Part shown: positions 19,320 through 28,152 of the stretch, piece by piece | Layout: every line of letters begins with the position of its first letter | Numbering within the stretch: position 1 is the stretch's first letter | Origin: Spirochaetales bacterium | GTDB lineage: Bacteria; Spirochaetota; Spirochaetia; Treponematales; UBA12059 | DNA: 43,786 nucleotides | NCBI GenBank assembly: GCA_036769135.1 | Contig: DAIPLR010000002.1 | Coordinates: 4,797 to 48,582, forward strand | Direction of reading: 5' to 3' | Notes under the pieces: generated by a model | What the model saw: the letters and a program-made list of their open reading frames with translations, nothing else | What the model was told of the DNA's origin: nothing | Databases searched by the model: none | Program-made: the position numbers and the translations under genes

Positions 19320-19389
19320 CGTTCCGTCCTTTCTTCTCGTTCCCGCGCGGCACGCGGCTCGCGGGAGCGCGCTCCGCCGCGGGCGTCCA

Positions 19390-19950
19390 TCAGGGGCAAG
19401 CGGCGCCGCCGCGGGCGCCGAATAGCTTCCTCAGGCCGATGGCCGCGGCCGCCAAGCCGAGGGCGAAGACGCAGCCGAGTATCACGAAGGCGGCGCGCTC
19501 CAGGGCGGCTTGGCTCGGCGTGAAGCCGGCGACGTTGCCCGCCCCCGCGCTCATCACGATCACCATGGCGGCCAGGGCCGAGCGGGTCGCCTTGCGAATC
19601 CCTAAGGCGGAGGCCGCTAGGATGACGGCCGGAGCGGCCAGCAGCACCTGCGCGATCAGGTCTAGGCCCGTGAGCGAGGCGGCCCAGCCTAGGGCCGAAC
19701 CTAAGGCGTTGGCCGCCATGCGCTCGACGCCGAAGCGGAAGGTGTCCTTGTCCTCCGGCGAGAGGACCAGGCCGACGGAGACCGCGCTCCAGATTAGGCT
19801 GGTCTTGGGGAAGACGCGCCATAGGACGACGAAGAAGGTAATGCCTAGGCTCGCCTTTAGGATGTATTCGCGGAACGAAGGGCAGAGGAGGTCGTCGCGC
19901 AGGGCGACCAAGCACCCCGGCCCCCTCGCTCCGCCGGCTGATGATCTCAT
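19390..19950 (-). CDS. small multi-TM membrane protein (FUSC/ArAE-like?)
   Basis: It is hydrophobic with about 5 TM helices and normal composition. The overlapping 300-aa Arg-rich ORF 19193..20095 was rejected. Confidence 0.4.
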   Translation of the reverse strand: MRSSAGGARGPGCLVALRDDLLCPSFREYILKASLGITFFVVLWRVFPKTSLIWSAVSVGLVLSPEDKDTFRFGVERMAANALGSALGWAASLTGLDLIAQVLLAAPAVILAASALGIRKATRSALAAMVIVMSAGAGNVAGFTPSQAALERAAFVILGCVFALGLAAAAIGLRKLFGARGGAACP

Positions 19951-20000
19951 GCGTCGAATATAGATTGACGGCTAGGGCGGGGGCTAGTACGCTCTGCCCC

Positions 20001-21410
20001 ATGTTCGAAGCACAGGTATACGAAAGCCGGCGCCGCGCGCTGGCGAAGGCCCTCGCCGAAGGCGGCGCCCGGGGCGTGGTCCTCTTCGCCGGCAACGGCG
20101 AAGCCCCGATGAACTACGCCGACAACTGCTATCGCTTTAGGCAGGACTCCTCCTTCCTCTACTTCTTCGGAATCGCCGAGCCGGGGCTCTGGGCGACCAT
20201 GGACCTGGACGGCGGCGTATCGGCGCTCTACGTCGACGAGCTGTCCGAGGCGGCCCTGGTCTGGACCGGGCCGCGCCCGAGCCCCGCCGAGTTGGCGGCG
20301 GCCTGCGCGGCCGATCGGCACGCGCCCGCGGCCGCCGTCGCCGACGAGCTCCGCGAGGCCGCCGCGAGCTCGCGGCGGGTCCATTACCTCCCGCCCTATC
20401 GCGCTGAGACCACCATCGAGCTGGCGCGGCTCCTCGGCGTCGATCACGCCGCCGTCGGCCCCGGCGCCTCCATGGCGCTTATACGGGCCGTCGTGGCCCT
20501 ACGCGAGCTCAAAGAGCCGCGGGAGATAGCCGAGATCGAAAAGGCCGTCGATATATCGATCGGCATGCACGAGGCCGTCATCGCGGCGGCCAGGCCGGGC
20601 ATGAGCGAGGCGGAGCTCATGGCGATAGCCTACGGCCGGGCCTTGGCCGGCGGCGGCATGCCGTCCTTCCCGCCCATAGCCACGGTCCGGGGCGACGTGC
20701 TCCATAACCACGGCTACGCGGGCTTCCTCCGCGAGGGGGCGGGCTTCCTCCTCGATTGCGGCGCCGAGACGGCCGAGGGCTACGCCGGGGACCTGACGAG
20801 CAGCTTCCCCGTCGGGCGGCGCTTCGATGCCAGGCAAGCAGCCGCTTACGAGCTCGTCCTGCAGGCGGGACGGGCGGCCTCCGCCGCCATGAAGCCCGGC
20901 GTCCCCTTCCTCGAGGCGCACCTGGCCGCTTCGAAGGCCTTGGCGGCCGGGCTGCGCTCGCTCGGCCTCTTAAAGGGCGAGGTCGACGAGGCCGTGGCCG
21001 CCGGCGCGCACGCGCTCTTCTTCCCCCACGGGCTGGGCCACCAGATGGGCCTGGACGTCCATGACATGGAATCCTTAGGCGAGGATAACGTGGGCTACGG
21101 CGAGGGCTTCGAGCGGAGCGCGCTCTTCGGCTACCGAAGCCTCCGCATGGCTAAGCCTTTGAAGGCCGGCATGGTCATGACCGTCGAGCCGGGGCTGTAC
21201 TTCATAGAGGGCCTCATAGCCGCCTGGAAACGGGCCGGCCGCCACGAGGCTTATATAAACTACGATGAGGCGGAGCGCTGGGTAGGGACGGGCGGCTTCA
21301 GGAACGAAGAAGATTGGCTCGTCGTAGAAGGCGGCGCGCGGCGCCTAGGCCGCGCCTTCGACAAGGGCCTCGCCGCCATGGAGGCGAGGCGGGCGGCCGC
21401 CCTCGAGTAA
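20001..21410 (+). CDS. pepP: Xaa-Pro aminopeptidase (M24B, PepP)
   Basis: The metal-ligand motifs are present (DCGAETAEGYAGDLTS, HGLGHQMGLDVHD, VMTVEPGLY). I use the start at ATG 20001 rather than the track start 19941, which would overlap the divergent gene. Confidence 0.85.
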   Translation: MFEAQVYESRRRALAKALAEGGARGVVLFAGNGEAPMNYADNCYRFRQDSSFLYFFGIAEPGLWATMDLDGGVSALYVDELSEAALVWTGPRPSPAELAAACAADRHAPAAAVADELREAAASSRRVHYLPPYRAETTIELARLLGVDHAAVGPGASMALIRAVVALRELKEPREIAEIEKAVDISIGMHEAVIAAARPGMSEAELMAIAYGRALAGGGMPSFPPIATVRGDVLHNHGYAGFLREGAGFLLDCGAETAEGYAGDLTSSFPVGRRFDARQAAAYELVLQAGRAASAAMKPGVPFLEAHLAASKALAAGLRSLGLLKGEVDEAVAAGAHALFFPHGLGHQMGLDVHDMESLGEDNVGYGEGFERSALFGYRSLRMAKPLKAGMVMTVEPGLYFIEGLIAAWKRAGRHEAYINYDEAERWVGTGGFRNEEDWLVVEGGARRLGRAFDKGLAAMEARRAAALE

Positions 21411-21449
21411 AAAAGGACGGGCGCCTCGCGGCGCCCGTCTTCATCTCGG
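21409..21449. terminator. bidirectional rho-independent terminator (A-tract, GACGGGCGCC-tcgc-GGCGCCCGTC, T-rich tail)
   Basis: It is a perfect 10-bp GC stem flanked by AAAAAA on one side and TCTTCATCTC on the other. It lies between pepP (+) and the small lipoprotein gene (-). Confidence 0.55.
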
Positions 21450-21460
21450 CCTTAGGCCGT

Positions 21461-21619
21461 TTACCAGTCGCCCTCGCCGGTGGCGGCGGAGGTGGCGTCG
21501 GACACGGCGTCCGCCTCTTCGACGATGGCCGTCTCCTCGGCCTTCGGCTCGGAGACGCAGGACGCGGCGAAGAAACCGAACACGACAGCCAGGCTCAGCA
21601 CGGCGAATATTCTCTTCAT
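21461..21619 (-). CDS. small secreted lipoprotein (52 aa; MKRIFAVLSLAVVFGFFAASC...acidic tail), not in ORF track
   Basis: An RBS AAGGAG lies 6 nt before the ATG. It has an n-h-c signal peptide with lipobox FAASC and a terminator hairpin immediately downstream. The + strand ORF 21314..21625 over the same DNA is Arg/Gly-rich nonsense. Confidence 0.45.
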   Translation of the reverse strand: MKRIFAVLSLAVVFGFFAASCVSEPKAEETAIVEEADAVSDATSAATGEGDW

Positions 21620-21711
21620 GGCTAACTCCTTATTTTACTAGATTACCAATTATCGCCACGAGGCGCAAGCGCGCGATTATTTGCCGCGGCGCGACTACTG
21701 TCGCGATGTGG

Positions 21712-22044
21712 CTATTTGCCGCGAATGAGCTCCAGGTACATTTGGTCGGCCAGGCCGAAGCCGGCGGTCTTGGTCATGTCCTTGGCCCGCTCCTGGTAGA
21801 GCATATCCTCGAAGATCTCCTGGGCGAAGCCGCCGTCTAAGAGGTCGGTCTTGTTGACCGTCGCGCGCATCTCCTTGAGCATCATCTGCACGAAGATCGA
21901 CTCGAACTCGCGGCACTGCTCATAGAGCTTGCTGCCGCGGTCGATGCCCTTGCTCTTGTCGATCTTGGCGCCCGAGCCCTGCAGCTCCGGCGGCGTCAGC
22001 GGCTGGTACTTATAGGCGAGCGCGGCGCTCGTATCGATCGTCAT
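21712..22044 (-). CDS. flgJ: flagellar rod-binding protein (FlgJ N-terminal Rod_binding domain type)
   Basis: It is 110 aa. The motif SIFVQMMLKEMRATV...FAQEIFEDMLYQE is typical of the FlgJ rod-binding domain. It lies downstream of flgG. Confidence 0.65.
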   Translation of the reverse strand: MTIDTSAALAYKYQPLTPPELQGSGAKIDKSKGIDRGSKLYEQCREFESIFVQMMLKEMRATVNKTDLLDGGFAQEIFEDMLYQERAKDMTKTAGFGLADQMYLELIRGK

Positions 22045-22053
22045 GGCTTATCC

Positions 22054-22848
22054 CTATCGCTTCAAGTTGGTGGCGGTGCCGAGCATGTTATCGCTCGTCT
22101 GTATGGCCTTGGAGTTGAACTCGTAGGCGCGCTGCGCGGTGATCATATTGACCATCTCGCGGACGACCGAGACGTTGGACATCTCCAAGAAGCGGTGGAT
22201 GGTCTTGCCCATGCCGTCGAAGCCGGGGCGGCCGGGCAGGGGGTCGCCGGAGGCCACGGTCACCTTGAAGAGGTTCTCGCCGATCGCCGTGAGGCCGACC
22301 GGGTTGGGGAAACGGTAGAGCTCCAGGCGGCCCACGTCTATCGGGTCGTCGAAGCCGGGTATCTTCACGTTGATGCGGCCGTCCTGGCTGATCGATAGGG
22401 TCTCGGGGATGAAGTTCTCGGGGAGTATCACCTCGGGCATGAGCTTGTAGCCGTTTGAGGTGACGAACTGGCCGTTCGCGTCGATCTTGAAGGCGCCGTC
22501 CCGGCTATAGCCGTAGCTGCCGTCGTAGAGCATGACGCGGAAGAAGCCGTCGCCCATGATGGCGATGTCGGAGACGTTCTCGGTGTTCTGCAGGTTGCCC
22601 TGGGTGAACTGCCGCTGGGTGGCCGCCAGCTTCACGCCGTGGCCCATCTGCACGGGCACGGGGACCACGGTGTCCTCGGTCGCCGGGGTGCCCGCGACGC
22701 GCACGGTCTGATAGATCAGGTCCTCGAAGTCGGCGCGCATGCGCTTATAGCCGGAGGTGTTGACGTTGGCCAGGTTGTTCGAGATCGTGTCTATGCTGGC
22801 CTGTTGGCCAATCATGCCGCTCGCGGCGGTCCATAAGCTTCGTACCAT
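22054..22848 (-). CDS. flgG: flagellar basal-body rod protein FlgG
   Basis: The termini SGMIGQQASIDTISNNLANVNTSGYKR ... ITAQRAYEFNSKAIQTSDNML are canonical, and the protein is 264 aa. Confidence 0.9.
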   Translation of the reverse strand: MVRSLWTAASGMIGQQASIDTISNNLANVNTSGYKRMRADFEDLIYQTVRVAGTPATEDTVVPVPVQMGHGVKLAATQRQFTQGNLQNTENVSDIAIMGDGFFRVMLYDGSYGYSRDGAFKIDANGQFVTSNGYKLMPEVILPENFIPETLSISQDGRINVKIPGFDDPIDVGRLELYRFPNPVGLTAIGENLFKVTVASGDPLPGRPGFDGMGKTIHRFLEMSNVSVVREMVNMITAQRAYEFNSKAIQTSDNMLGTATNLKR

Positions 22849-22860
22849 ACCTTACTCCCC

Positions 22861-23709
22861 TTACACCTTGACGACTTCGTTGATCAGCTTGCCCAGGGCG
22901 GCGTCCTGGCTCTGGATAGTCTTCTGGTTGGCCTCGTAGGCGCGGTTCACCTCGATCATGCGCACCATCTCGGTCACTACGTTGACGTTGGCAGCCTCGG
23001 TAAAGCCCTGGAGCACGGTCGGGCGCCCCTCCGGCGGCATCACGCGGGCGGGGCCGGAGAGCTCGGTGTCCTTCCAGAGGCTGGAGCCCTGCTTGGCTAT
23101 GAAGCGGTCCAGCTCGAAGTCCACGATCTTCAGGGTGTCCAGGAGCACCGTGTTGTTCCACTCGTTCTGCTCGCGGCCTACGAGGAGCTCCGGGTCGTCG
23201 ATATAGTCGGCGTTGACCCAGACGCGGCCCTGCTTGTCTATCTGGAAGTTGTTGGCCTTGACGCGTATGGGGCCGTCGACGCCCAGGACCGGGAAGCCTT
23301 CCTTGGTCTCGAGGTAGCCTTCCTTGCCCAGTATGAAGGAGCCGTTGCGGGTATAGCGCTCGCCGTATGGCGTCTGTACCGAGAGCCAGCCCTTGCCGTC
23401 CAAGGCTATGTCGAAGTCGCTTTCGGTGCCCTTGAGCGCGCCCTGCTCGAGCTCGGTGAAGATTTCGTTCGACTCCACGCCGGTGCCGAGCTTGCCTATG
23501 ACCGGAGCCATGTCGCCAGAGCCTAGGGGATGCAGGTACACGCCGTCGTCGTTCATCCGGCGTAGGAGGAGCTGGGCGAAGGCCTTGCTCACCGCGACCT
23601 CGCGCTTATAGCCGTCGGTATCCACGTTGGCCAGATTATTGGCCACCGTATCGAGCCTGACTTGTTGGGCGGCCATGCCGCTCGCTCCCGTATACCATCC
23701 TCGTAACAT
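22861..23709 (-). CDS. flgF: flagellar basal-body rod protein FlgF (FlgG paralogue)
   Basis: It has the same Flg_bb_rod N- and C-terminal motifs (SGMAAQQVRLDTVANNLANVDTDGYKR ... NRAYEANQKTIQSQD). An SD GGAGGT precedes it, and it lies upstream of flgG. Confidence 0.8.
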   Translation of the reverse strand: MLRGWYTGASGMAAQQVRLDTVANNLANVDTDGYKREVAVSKAFAQLLLRRMNDDGVYLHPLGSGDMAPVIGKLGTGVESNEIFTELEQGALKGTESDFDIALDGKGWLSVQTPYGERYTRNGSFILGKEGYLETKEGFPVLGVDGPIRVKANNFQIDKQGRVWVNADYIDDPELLVGREQNEWNNTVLLDTLKIVDFELDRFIAKQGSSLWKDTELSGPARVMPPEGRPTVLQGFTEAANVNVVTEMVRMIEVNRAYEANQKTIQSQDAALGKLINEVVKV

Positions 23710-23733
23710 GGGGCCGTACCTCCGACACTCTAG

Positions 23734-23760
23734 GTATCGGCTCGTACGGCTGGAGTTTGA
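23734..23760 (-). promoter_or_regulatory. candidate sigma-28-like promoter (CAAA-N14-GCCGATAC) upstream of flgF
   Basis: On the minus strand it reads tcAAACtccagccgtacgaGCCGATAC, resembling TAAA-N15-GCCGATAA. It was matched by eye only. Confidence 0.25.
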
Positions 23761-23810
23761 AGCGGAAACGGGGGCGCTCTGCGGCCGAGGCGAGCGCTTG
23801 GGCCGACAGA

Positions 23811-24257
23811 TTAAATCGTGGTGAGCTTGCCCTCGTCCAGCTCTTTGACGAAGATCCGCCCGTAGCGGCCCGAATGGGGCGGCGGCGCGCCGTGGGGCGT
23901 ATAGGTGGTCAGGAAGAAGTACATGACGTCGGACATGTCGTCTTGGGATTCGACCAAGGCGTAGCGGTAGAAGATCTTGCCCTCGTGCTCAAGGAGTATG
24001 GCGCGCCGCCGCTCGTCGCGCTCCTCCTCGGGGTCGGTGGCGACGCGCAGGGTGGCCCTGAGCCCGCCGTAGTACGAGCGGGCCAGCATATACAGGTTGA
24101 GCTTGCCGCGCTCGTCCTGGTAATAGAGCTCGGCGATGCCGCCCATGGCCGGCACCGAGCCGATGATGAGGTATTTATCAGCCTTGACGATGGGCGACCA
24201 TCGTATGGCGTAGTACGCGTCCCCGTCGCGCAGGGATTTCCTTATCTCGTAACGCAT
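23811..24257 (-). CDS. hypothetical protein (148 aa, normal composition), upstream of flagellar rod genes
   Basis: The ORF has non-biased composition (MRYEIRKSLRDGDAYYAIRWSPIVKADKYLIIGSV...). I recognise no motif. Confidence 0.45.
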   Translation of the reverse strand: MRYEIRKSLRDGDAYYAIRWSPIVKADKYLIIGSVPAMGGIAELYYQDERGKLNLYMLARSYYGGLRATLRVATDPEEERDERRRAILLEHEGKIFYRYALVESQDDMSDVMYFFLTTYTPHGAPPPHSGRYGRIFVKELDEGKLTTI

Positions 24258-24357
24258 TCAACCGTAGGATAGCATACGGCCCGGATACGGGGCAACGAAA
24301 GCGGGCCGCGCCGGCCGTCTTGACTCCGGCGCCCCGCCCGTCGGATACTGGACTTCC

Positions 24358-25974
24358 ATGAAGAAGCTTATCTTCGTGACCGGCGGCGTGTGCTCGTCCC
24401 TGGGCAAAGGCATAACGGCCTCGTCCATCGGCACCCTGCTCGAGGCCCGCGGGCTCAACGTCCGCATGATGAAGATCGACCCGTACCTGAACGTGGACGC
24501 GGGCACGATGAATCCATACCAGCACGGCGAAGTGTACGTGACCGACGACGGGGCGGAGACCGACCTGGACCTCGGGAACTACGCGCGCTTCACCGACGCC
24601 CCGATTTCCAAGGCCAATTCCATCACCACGGGGCAGGTCTATCGGGACGTCATCAACAAGGAGCGCGAAGGCCGCTTCCTCGGCCGGACCGTCCAGGTCG
24701 TTCCCCATATCACCGACGAGATCAAGTCGCGGATCCTGGCCATAGGCAAGGAGCCGGACGTCGACGTGACCATCGTCGAGATAGGCGGGACCGTCGGCGA
24801 CATGGAGAGCGTGCCTTTCCTTGAGGCCGCGCGCCAGCTCATCCACGAGCAGGGCCATGCCAATGCCGCGAGCGTGCACGTCACCTTGGTGCCCGCCGTC
24901 GCCGGCGGCGAACTTAAGACTAAGCCGACCCAGCATTCGGTCAAGGAGCTCCAGGAGGTCGGCATCCAGCCCGACGTCCTCGTGTGCCGCTCCGAGAAGC
25001 CTCTGGACGAGTCCCTGCGCCGCAAGCTGGCCGCCTTCACCAACGTGGAGTACGAGGGCGTGGTCTCCGCCCATGACGTGGCCTCCACCATCTACGAGAT
25101 CCCCCTGGTCTTCAGCGAGCAGGGCCTGGACGTCTTCCTCCTCAAGAAGATGAACGTCGAGAGCCGGCACGCCGACCTTAGGGCCTGGAAGGACGTGGTG
25201 CGCCGCGTAAGCGAGCCTAAGCGCCGCGTGCGCATCGCCGTGGTCGGCAAATACATGGAGCTTCACGACGCCTATAAGTCGGTCTGGGAGGCCCTCTGCC
25301 ACGGCGGCATAGCCAACGACGCCGGCGTCGACATCGTCCGCGTCGATTCCGGGCGGCTGGAGGAGGCCGGCGTCGAGCTTGACGCCCTCTTCGAAGGCAT
25401 AGACGGTATCCTCGTGCCCGGCGGCTTCGGCCAGCGCGGCATAGGCGGCATGGTCGCCGCCGCCCGCTACGCCCGCGAGAAGAAGCTGCCGTACTTCGGC
25501 ATCTGCCTCGGCATGCAGATCATGGCCATCGAATGGGCCCGCGACGTGCTCGGCTGGGCCGACGCCGACTCCGCCGAGTTCAACCAGGACGCCGGCCATG
25601 CGGTGGTCAGCCTCCTCGAGGACCAGGTGGACGTGAAGAACTACGGCGGCACCATGCGCCTGGGGCGCAACGACACGGCCTTCAAGGAGGGCTCCAAGCC
25701 GGCGCTCGCCTACGGCTCGACCCTGGTCTCCGAGCGCCACCGCCATCGCTACGAGTTCTCTAACGCCTATCGCGCCGAATTCGAGAAGTCGGGCATCGTC
25801 ATAGCGGGGCTTACGCCCGACGGCGAGCTGGTCGAGAGCCTGGAGTGGCCCGAGCACCCCTGGGGCGTCGGCGTCCAATTCCACCCCGAGTTCAAGTCCC
25901 GGCCGGTGGCGGCGCACCCCCTGTTCGCCGCCTTCATCAAGGCCGGCCTGGAGCATGGTAAAAAACGGGCTTAG
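24358..25974 (+). CDS. pyrG: CTP synthase
   Basis: The N-terminus MKKLIFVTGGVCSSLGKGITASSIG is canonical, and the glutamine amidotransferase C-terminal domain has GICLGMQ. The 616-aa antisense ORF 24178..26028 was rejected. Confidence 0.95.
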   Translation: MKKLIFVTGGVCSSLGKGITASSIGTLLEARGLNVRMMKIDPYLNVDAGTMNPYQHGEVYVTDDGAETDLDLGNYARFTDAPISKANSITTGQVYRDVINKEREGRFLGRTVQVVPHITDEIKSRILAIGKEPDVDVTIVEIGGTVGDMESVPFLEAARQLIHEQGHANAASVHVTLVPAVAGGELKTKPTQHSVKELQEVGIQPDVLVCRSEKPLDESLRRKLAAFTNVEYEGVVSAHDVASTIYEIPLVFSEQGLDVFLLKKMNVESRHADLRAWKDVVRRVSEPKRRVRIAVVGKYMELHDAYKSVWEALCHGGIANDAGVDIVRVDSGRLEEAGVELDALFEGIDGILVPGGFGQRGIGGMVAAARYAREKKLPYFGICLGMQIMAIEWARDVLGWADADSAEFNQDAGHAVVSLLEDQVDVKNYGGTMRLGRNDTAFKEGSKPALAYGSTLVSERHRHRYEFSNAYRAEFEKSGIVIAGLTPDGELVESLEWPEHPWGVGVQFHPEFKSRPVAAHPLFAAFIKAGLEHGKKRA

Positions 25975-26638
25975 ACCCCGAGGCCTCGCGGCCGGACCGG
26001 GCCGAGGCCTCGCGGCCGCCTTCGCCATGGCGCTCCTCGGGTCGTGCAGCCTGGATTACGGCCAGGCCATGCTCAAGGAGCTGGAGGCGAGCCTGCCCGA
26101 CCTCGTCCTCTACGACTTCACCCATACCGTCGTTGAGGGCGGGAGCCCGCGCTTCAGGCTTCGGGCGGAGCTCGGCGAGAGCTATAGGCGCGACCAGCGC
26201 ATGGAGCTTTTCGGCGTCGAATTTACCGAATTCGACGCCGAAGGCGAGCCGCTCGCCGAAGGCCGAGTCGACCGCGCCACCTTCTTTACCGATACCGAGA
26301 GCGTCGTCCTGGACGGCGAGCTGCGCTTCGTCAGGAAGAGCGACGGCCTGGCTTTCGAATCGAGCTACCTGCGCTGGAACGCGGGCCAGCGCTACTTATC
26401 GAGCCGCGGCGACGCGCTCACGACGATCGAGGACGGCTCGGGCGCCCGCGTCTCCGGCGGCGGCTTCTCAGCCGACGCGGCCCGGCGCAGCTTCTCATTC
26501 GCCGGCGGCGCCGAGGGGACGATCGGCCTGGCCGACGGGGCTGCTGACGGGACGGCCGGCGACGACGCTTCAGGCGGCGACGACGCTTCAGGCGGCGACG
26601 ACGCTTCAGGCGGCGAAGCGGGCGCGGGCTCGCCGTGA
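25955..26638 (+). CDS. LptC-like periplasmic lipoprotein with C-terminal (GDDASG)x3 repeat
   Basis: Position is immediately upstream of lptA-lptB. The size and beta-rich composition fit, and a signal peptide with lipobox LLGSC is present. This is a synteny-based call. Confidence 0.45.
   Translation: MVKNGLRPRGLAAGPGRGLAAAFAMALLGSCSLDYGQAMLKELEASLPDLVLYDFTHTVVEGGSPRFRLRAELGESYRRDQRMELFGVEFTEFDAEGEPLAEGRVDRATFFTDTESVVLDGELRFVRKSDGLAFESSYLRWNAGQRYLSSRGDALTTIEDGSGARVSGGGFSADAARRSFSFAGGAEGTIGLADGAADGTAGDDASGGDDASGGDDASGGEAGAGSP
26558..26611 (+). repeat. perfect 18-bp tandem repeat x3 (GGCGACGACGCTTCAGGC) inside the lptC-like gene, encoding GDDASG x3
   Basis: The repeat was read directly from the sequence. 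Confidence 0.9.
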
Positions 26639-27288
26639 GGCGCTTCAAGGCGGCCGCCGTCGCGGCCATGATCGCGCTCGCCGCGCTATCGATCGGGGCC
26701 TCGGCCGATGATATCTCCTTCGCGGCCGACTCCATGAGCGGCTCGATGCGGCGGGGCGAGGGGCGGGTGAGCCTCGTCGGACGGGCTTGGGTCCGGGCCG
26801 GCGCCGTTACCATCCGCGCCGATCGTATAACGCTCTGGGGCGATGATTATCGCTACGTAGAGTGCTCTGGCGCGGTGACGGCATCCGATGAGGAGCGGGG
26901 GCTCTCGCTCGCCGCCGACGCCCTGTTCTATGATCGGCGGCAGAAGCTCATGCGGCTGTCGGGGGGCGCGTCCATGGAGGACGCCAAGAACGAGACGGTC
27001 GTGAAGGCGGAGTTCATCGAATACGACGACCTGAAGGACCTGGCCTTGGCCCAGATCGGCGCCCGCATCCTCAAGGGCGAGATAGCGGCGCGCGCGGAGT
27101 TCGTGCGCTTCGACCGCGCCGCTGAAACCTTGGAGCTCTCCGGCCAGCCCTACGTCCGCAGGGGCGGCGACGAGTACCGCGCCCAGCGCATCAGCGTCAA
27201 GCTGGATACCGAGGCCATACGCCTCGAGGGCGCCGTTAGCGGCACGGTCCTCGACCGGGGCGGTTCCGCCGAAGGCGGCGGCCGGTGA
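26635..27288 (+). CDS. lptA: LptA/OstA-N-like periplasmic LPS transport protein
   Basis: It has a signal peptide and an OstA-like beta-jellyroll sequence pattern. It is translationally coupled (4-nt overlaps) between the lptC-like gene and lptB. Confidence 0.6.
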   Translation: MRRFKAAAVAAMIALAALSIGASADDISFAADSMSGSMRRGEGRVSLVGRAWVRAGAVTIRADRITLWGDDYRYVECSGAVTASDEERGLSLAADALFYDRRQKLMRLSGGASMEDAKNETVVKAEFIEYDDLKDLALAQIGARILKGEIAARAEFVRFDRAAETLELSGQPYVRRGGDEYRAQRISVKLDTEAIRLEGAVSGTVLDRGGSAEGGGR

Positions 27289-28055
27289 GCGGCGCGCTTC
27301 CGGCCGCGCCCGCCCTCAGGGAGGGCGGGGACCACGTCCTTGCGGCGGAGGGCCTAGCCAAGCGTTTCGGTAAGAAGGTCGCCGTCAAGTCGGTCGGTTT
27401 CTCGATGAGATCCGGCCGCATCGTCGGGCTCCTGGGCCCGAACGGCGCCGGGAAGACGACCGTGTTCTATATGACGGTCGGCTTCTTAAAGCCCGACGCC
27501 GGACAGGTGCTCCTGGACGGCCGGCGCTTGACCGGCCTCCCGATGTACCGACGCGCCCGGCTGGGCATCGCCTACCTGCCCCAGGAGCCTTCGGTATTCC
27601 GTAAGCTCACGGTCGAGGCGAACGTCCGCGCCATCCTGGAGACGCGCCCGGACTTGAACGCCGCGGAGCGGACGAGGACGCTCGAGGCGCTCCTCTACGA
27701 ATTCGGCATAGAATCGCTACGGAAGCAGCCGGCCTATACGCTCTCGGGCGGCGAGCGGCGCCGCACCGAGATAGCCCGGGCCCTCGCGCTCGAGCCTAAG
27801 TTCCTCCTCTTGGACGAGCCCTTCGCCGGCATCGACCCCATAGCCGTGCACGAGATCAAGGGCATCGTGGCCAAGCTCGCCGCCCGCGGCATCGGCGTCC
27901 TCATCACCGACCATAACGTCCGCGATACGCTCGATATCACCCACGAGGCGCACATTATCCACCGCGGCGAGCTCCTGGTCTCGGGCGACCGCGCCGCCAT
28001 CCTGGAGTCGGAGCTGGCCAGGCAAATCTACCTAGGCGAATCCTTCAGGATGTAG
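27285..28055 (+). CDS. lptB: LPS export ABC transporter ATP-binding protein LptB
   Basis: Motifs GPNGAGKTT, LSGGERRRTEIARAL and LLLDEPFAGIDP are present, and the ~240-aa size is typical of LptB. Confidence 0.85.
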   Translation: MSGALPAAPALREGGDHVLAAEGLAKRFGKKVAVKSVGFSMRSGRIVGLLGPNGAGKTTVFYMTVGFLKPDAGQVLLDGRRLTGLPMYRRARLGIAYLPQEPSVFRKLTVEANVRAILETRPDLNAAERTRTLEALLYEFGIESLRKQPAYTLSGGERRRTEIARALALEPKFLLLDEPFAGIDPIAVHEIKGIVAKLAARGIGVLITDHNVRDTLDITHEAHIIHRGELLVSGDRAAILESELARQIYLGESFRM

Positions 28056-28152
28056 GCGGGACCCGAGCGCCCGCCCTCGCCGCGCGTCGGCGATTCTTCG
28101 CGTAGAAATCTATTTACTAATCGACGTTCTCGTTGTATACCTAGCGTTAACC

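Noticed and set aside
19941-20000. Track start of pepP at 19941 (MISCVEYRLTARAGASTLCP...).
   Set aside because: It would overlap the divergent membrane-protein gene start. The conserved PepP N-terminus begins at MFEAQVYESRRRAL (ATG 20001).
24178-26028. 616-aa minus-strand ORF spanning the whole pyrG locus. Similar long antisense ORFs occur at 15804..16670, 7657..8436, 12742..13458, 35704..36294 and 37856..38491.
   Set aside because: The translations are low-complexity and rich in G/A/R/L/H/D/V with no motifs. They lie opposite unmistakable conserved genes (pyrG, GGDEF, ABC ATPase, HK, sppA). This is the typical stop-codon-poor antisense frame of 70% GC DNA.
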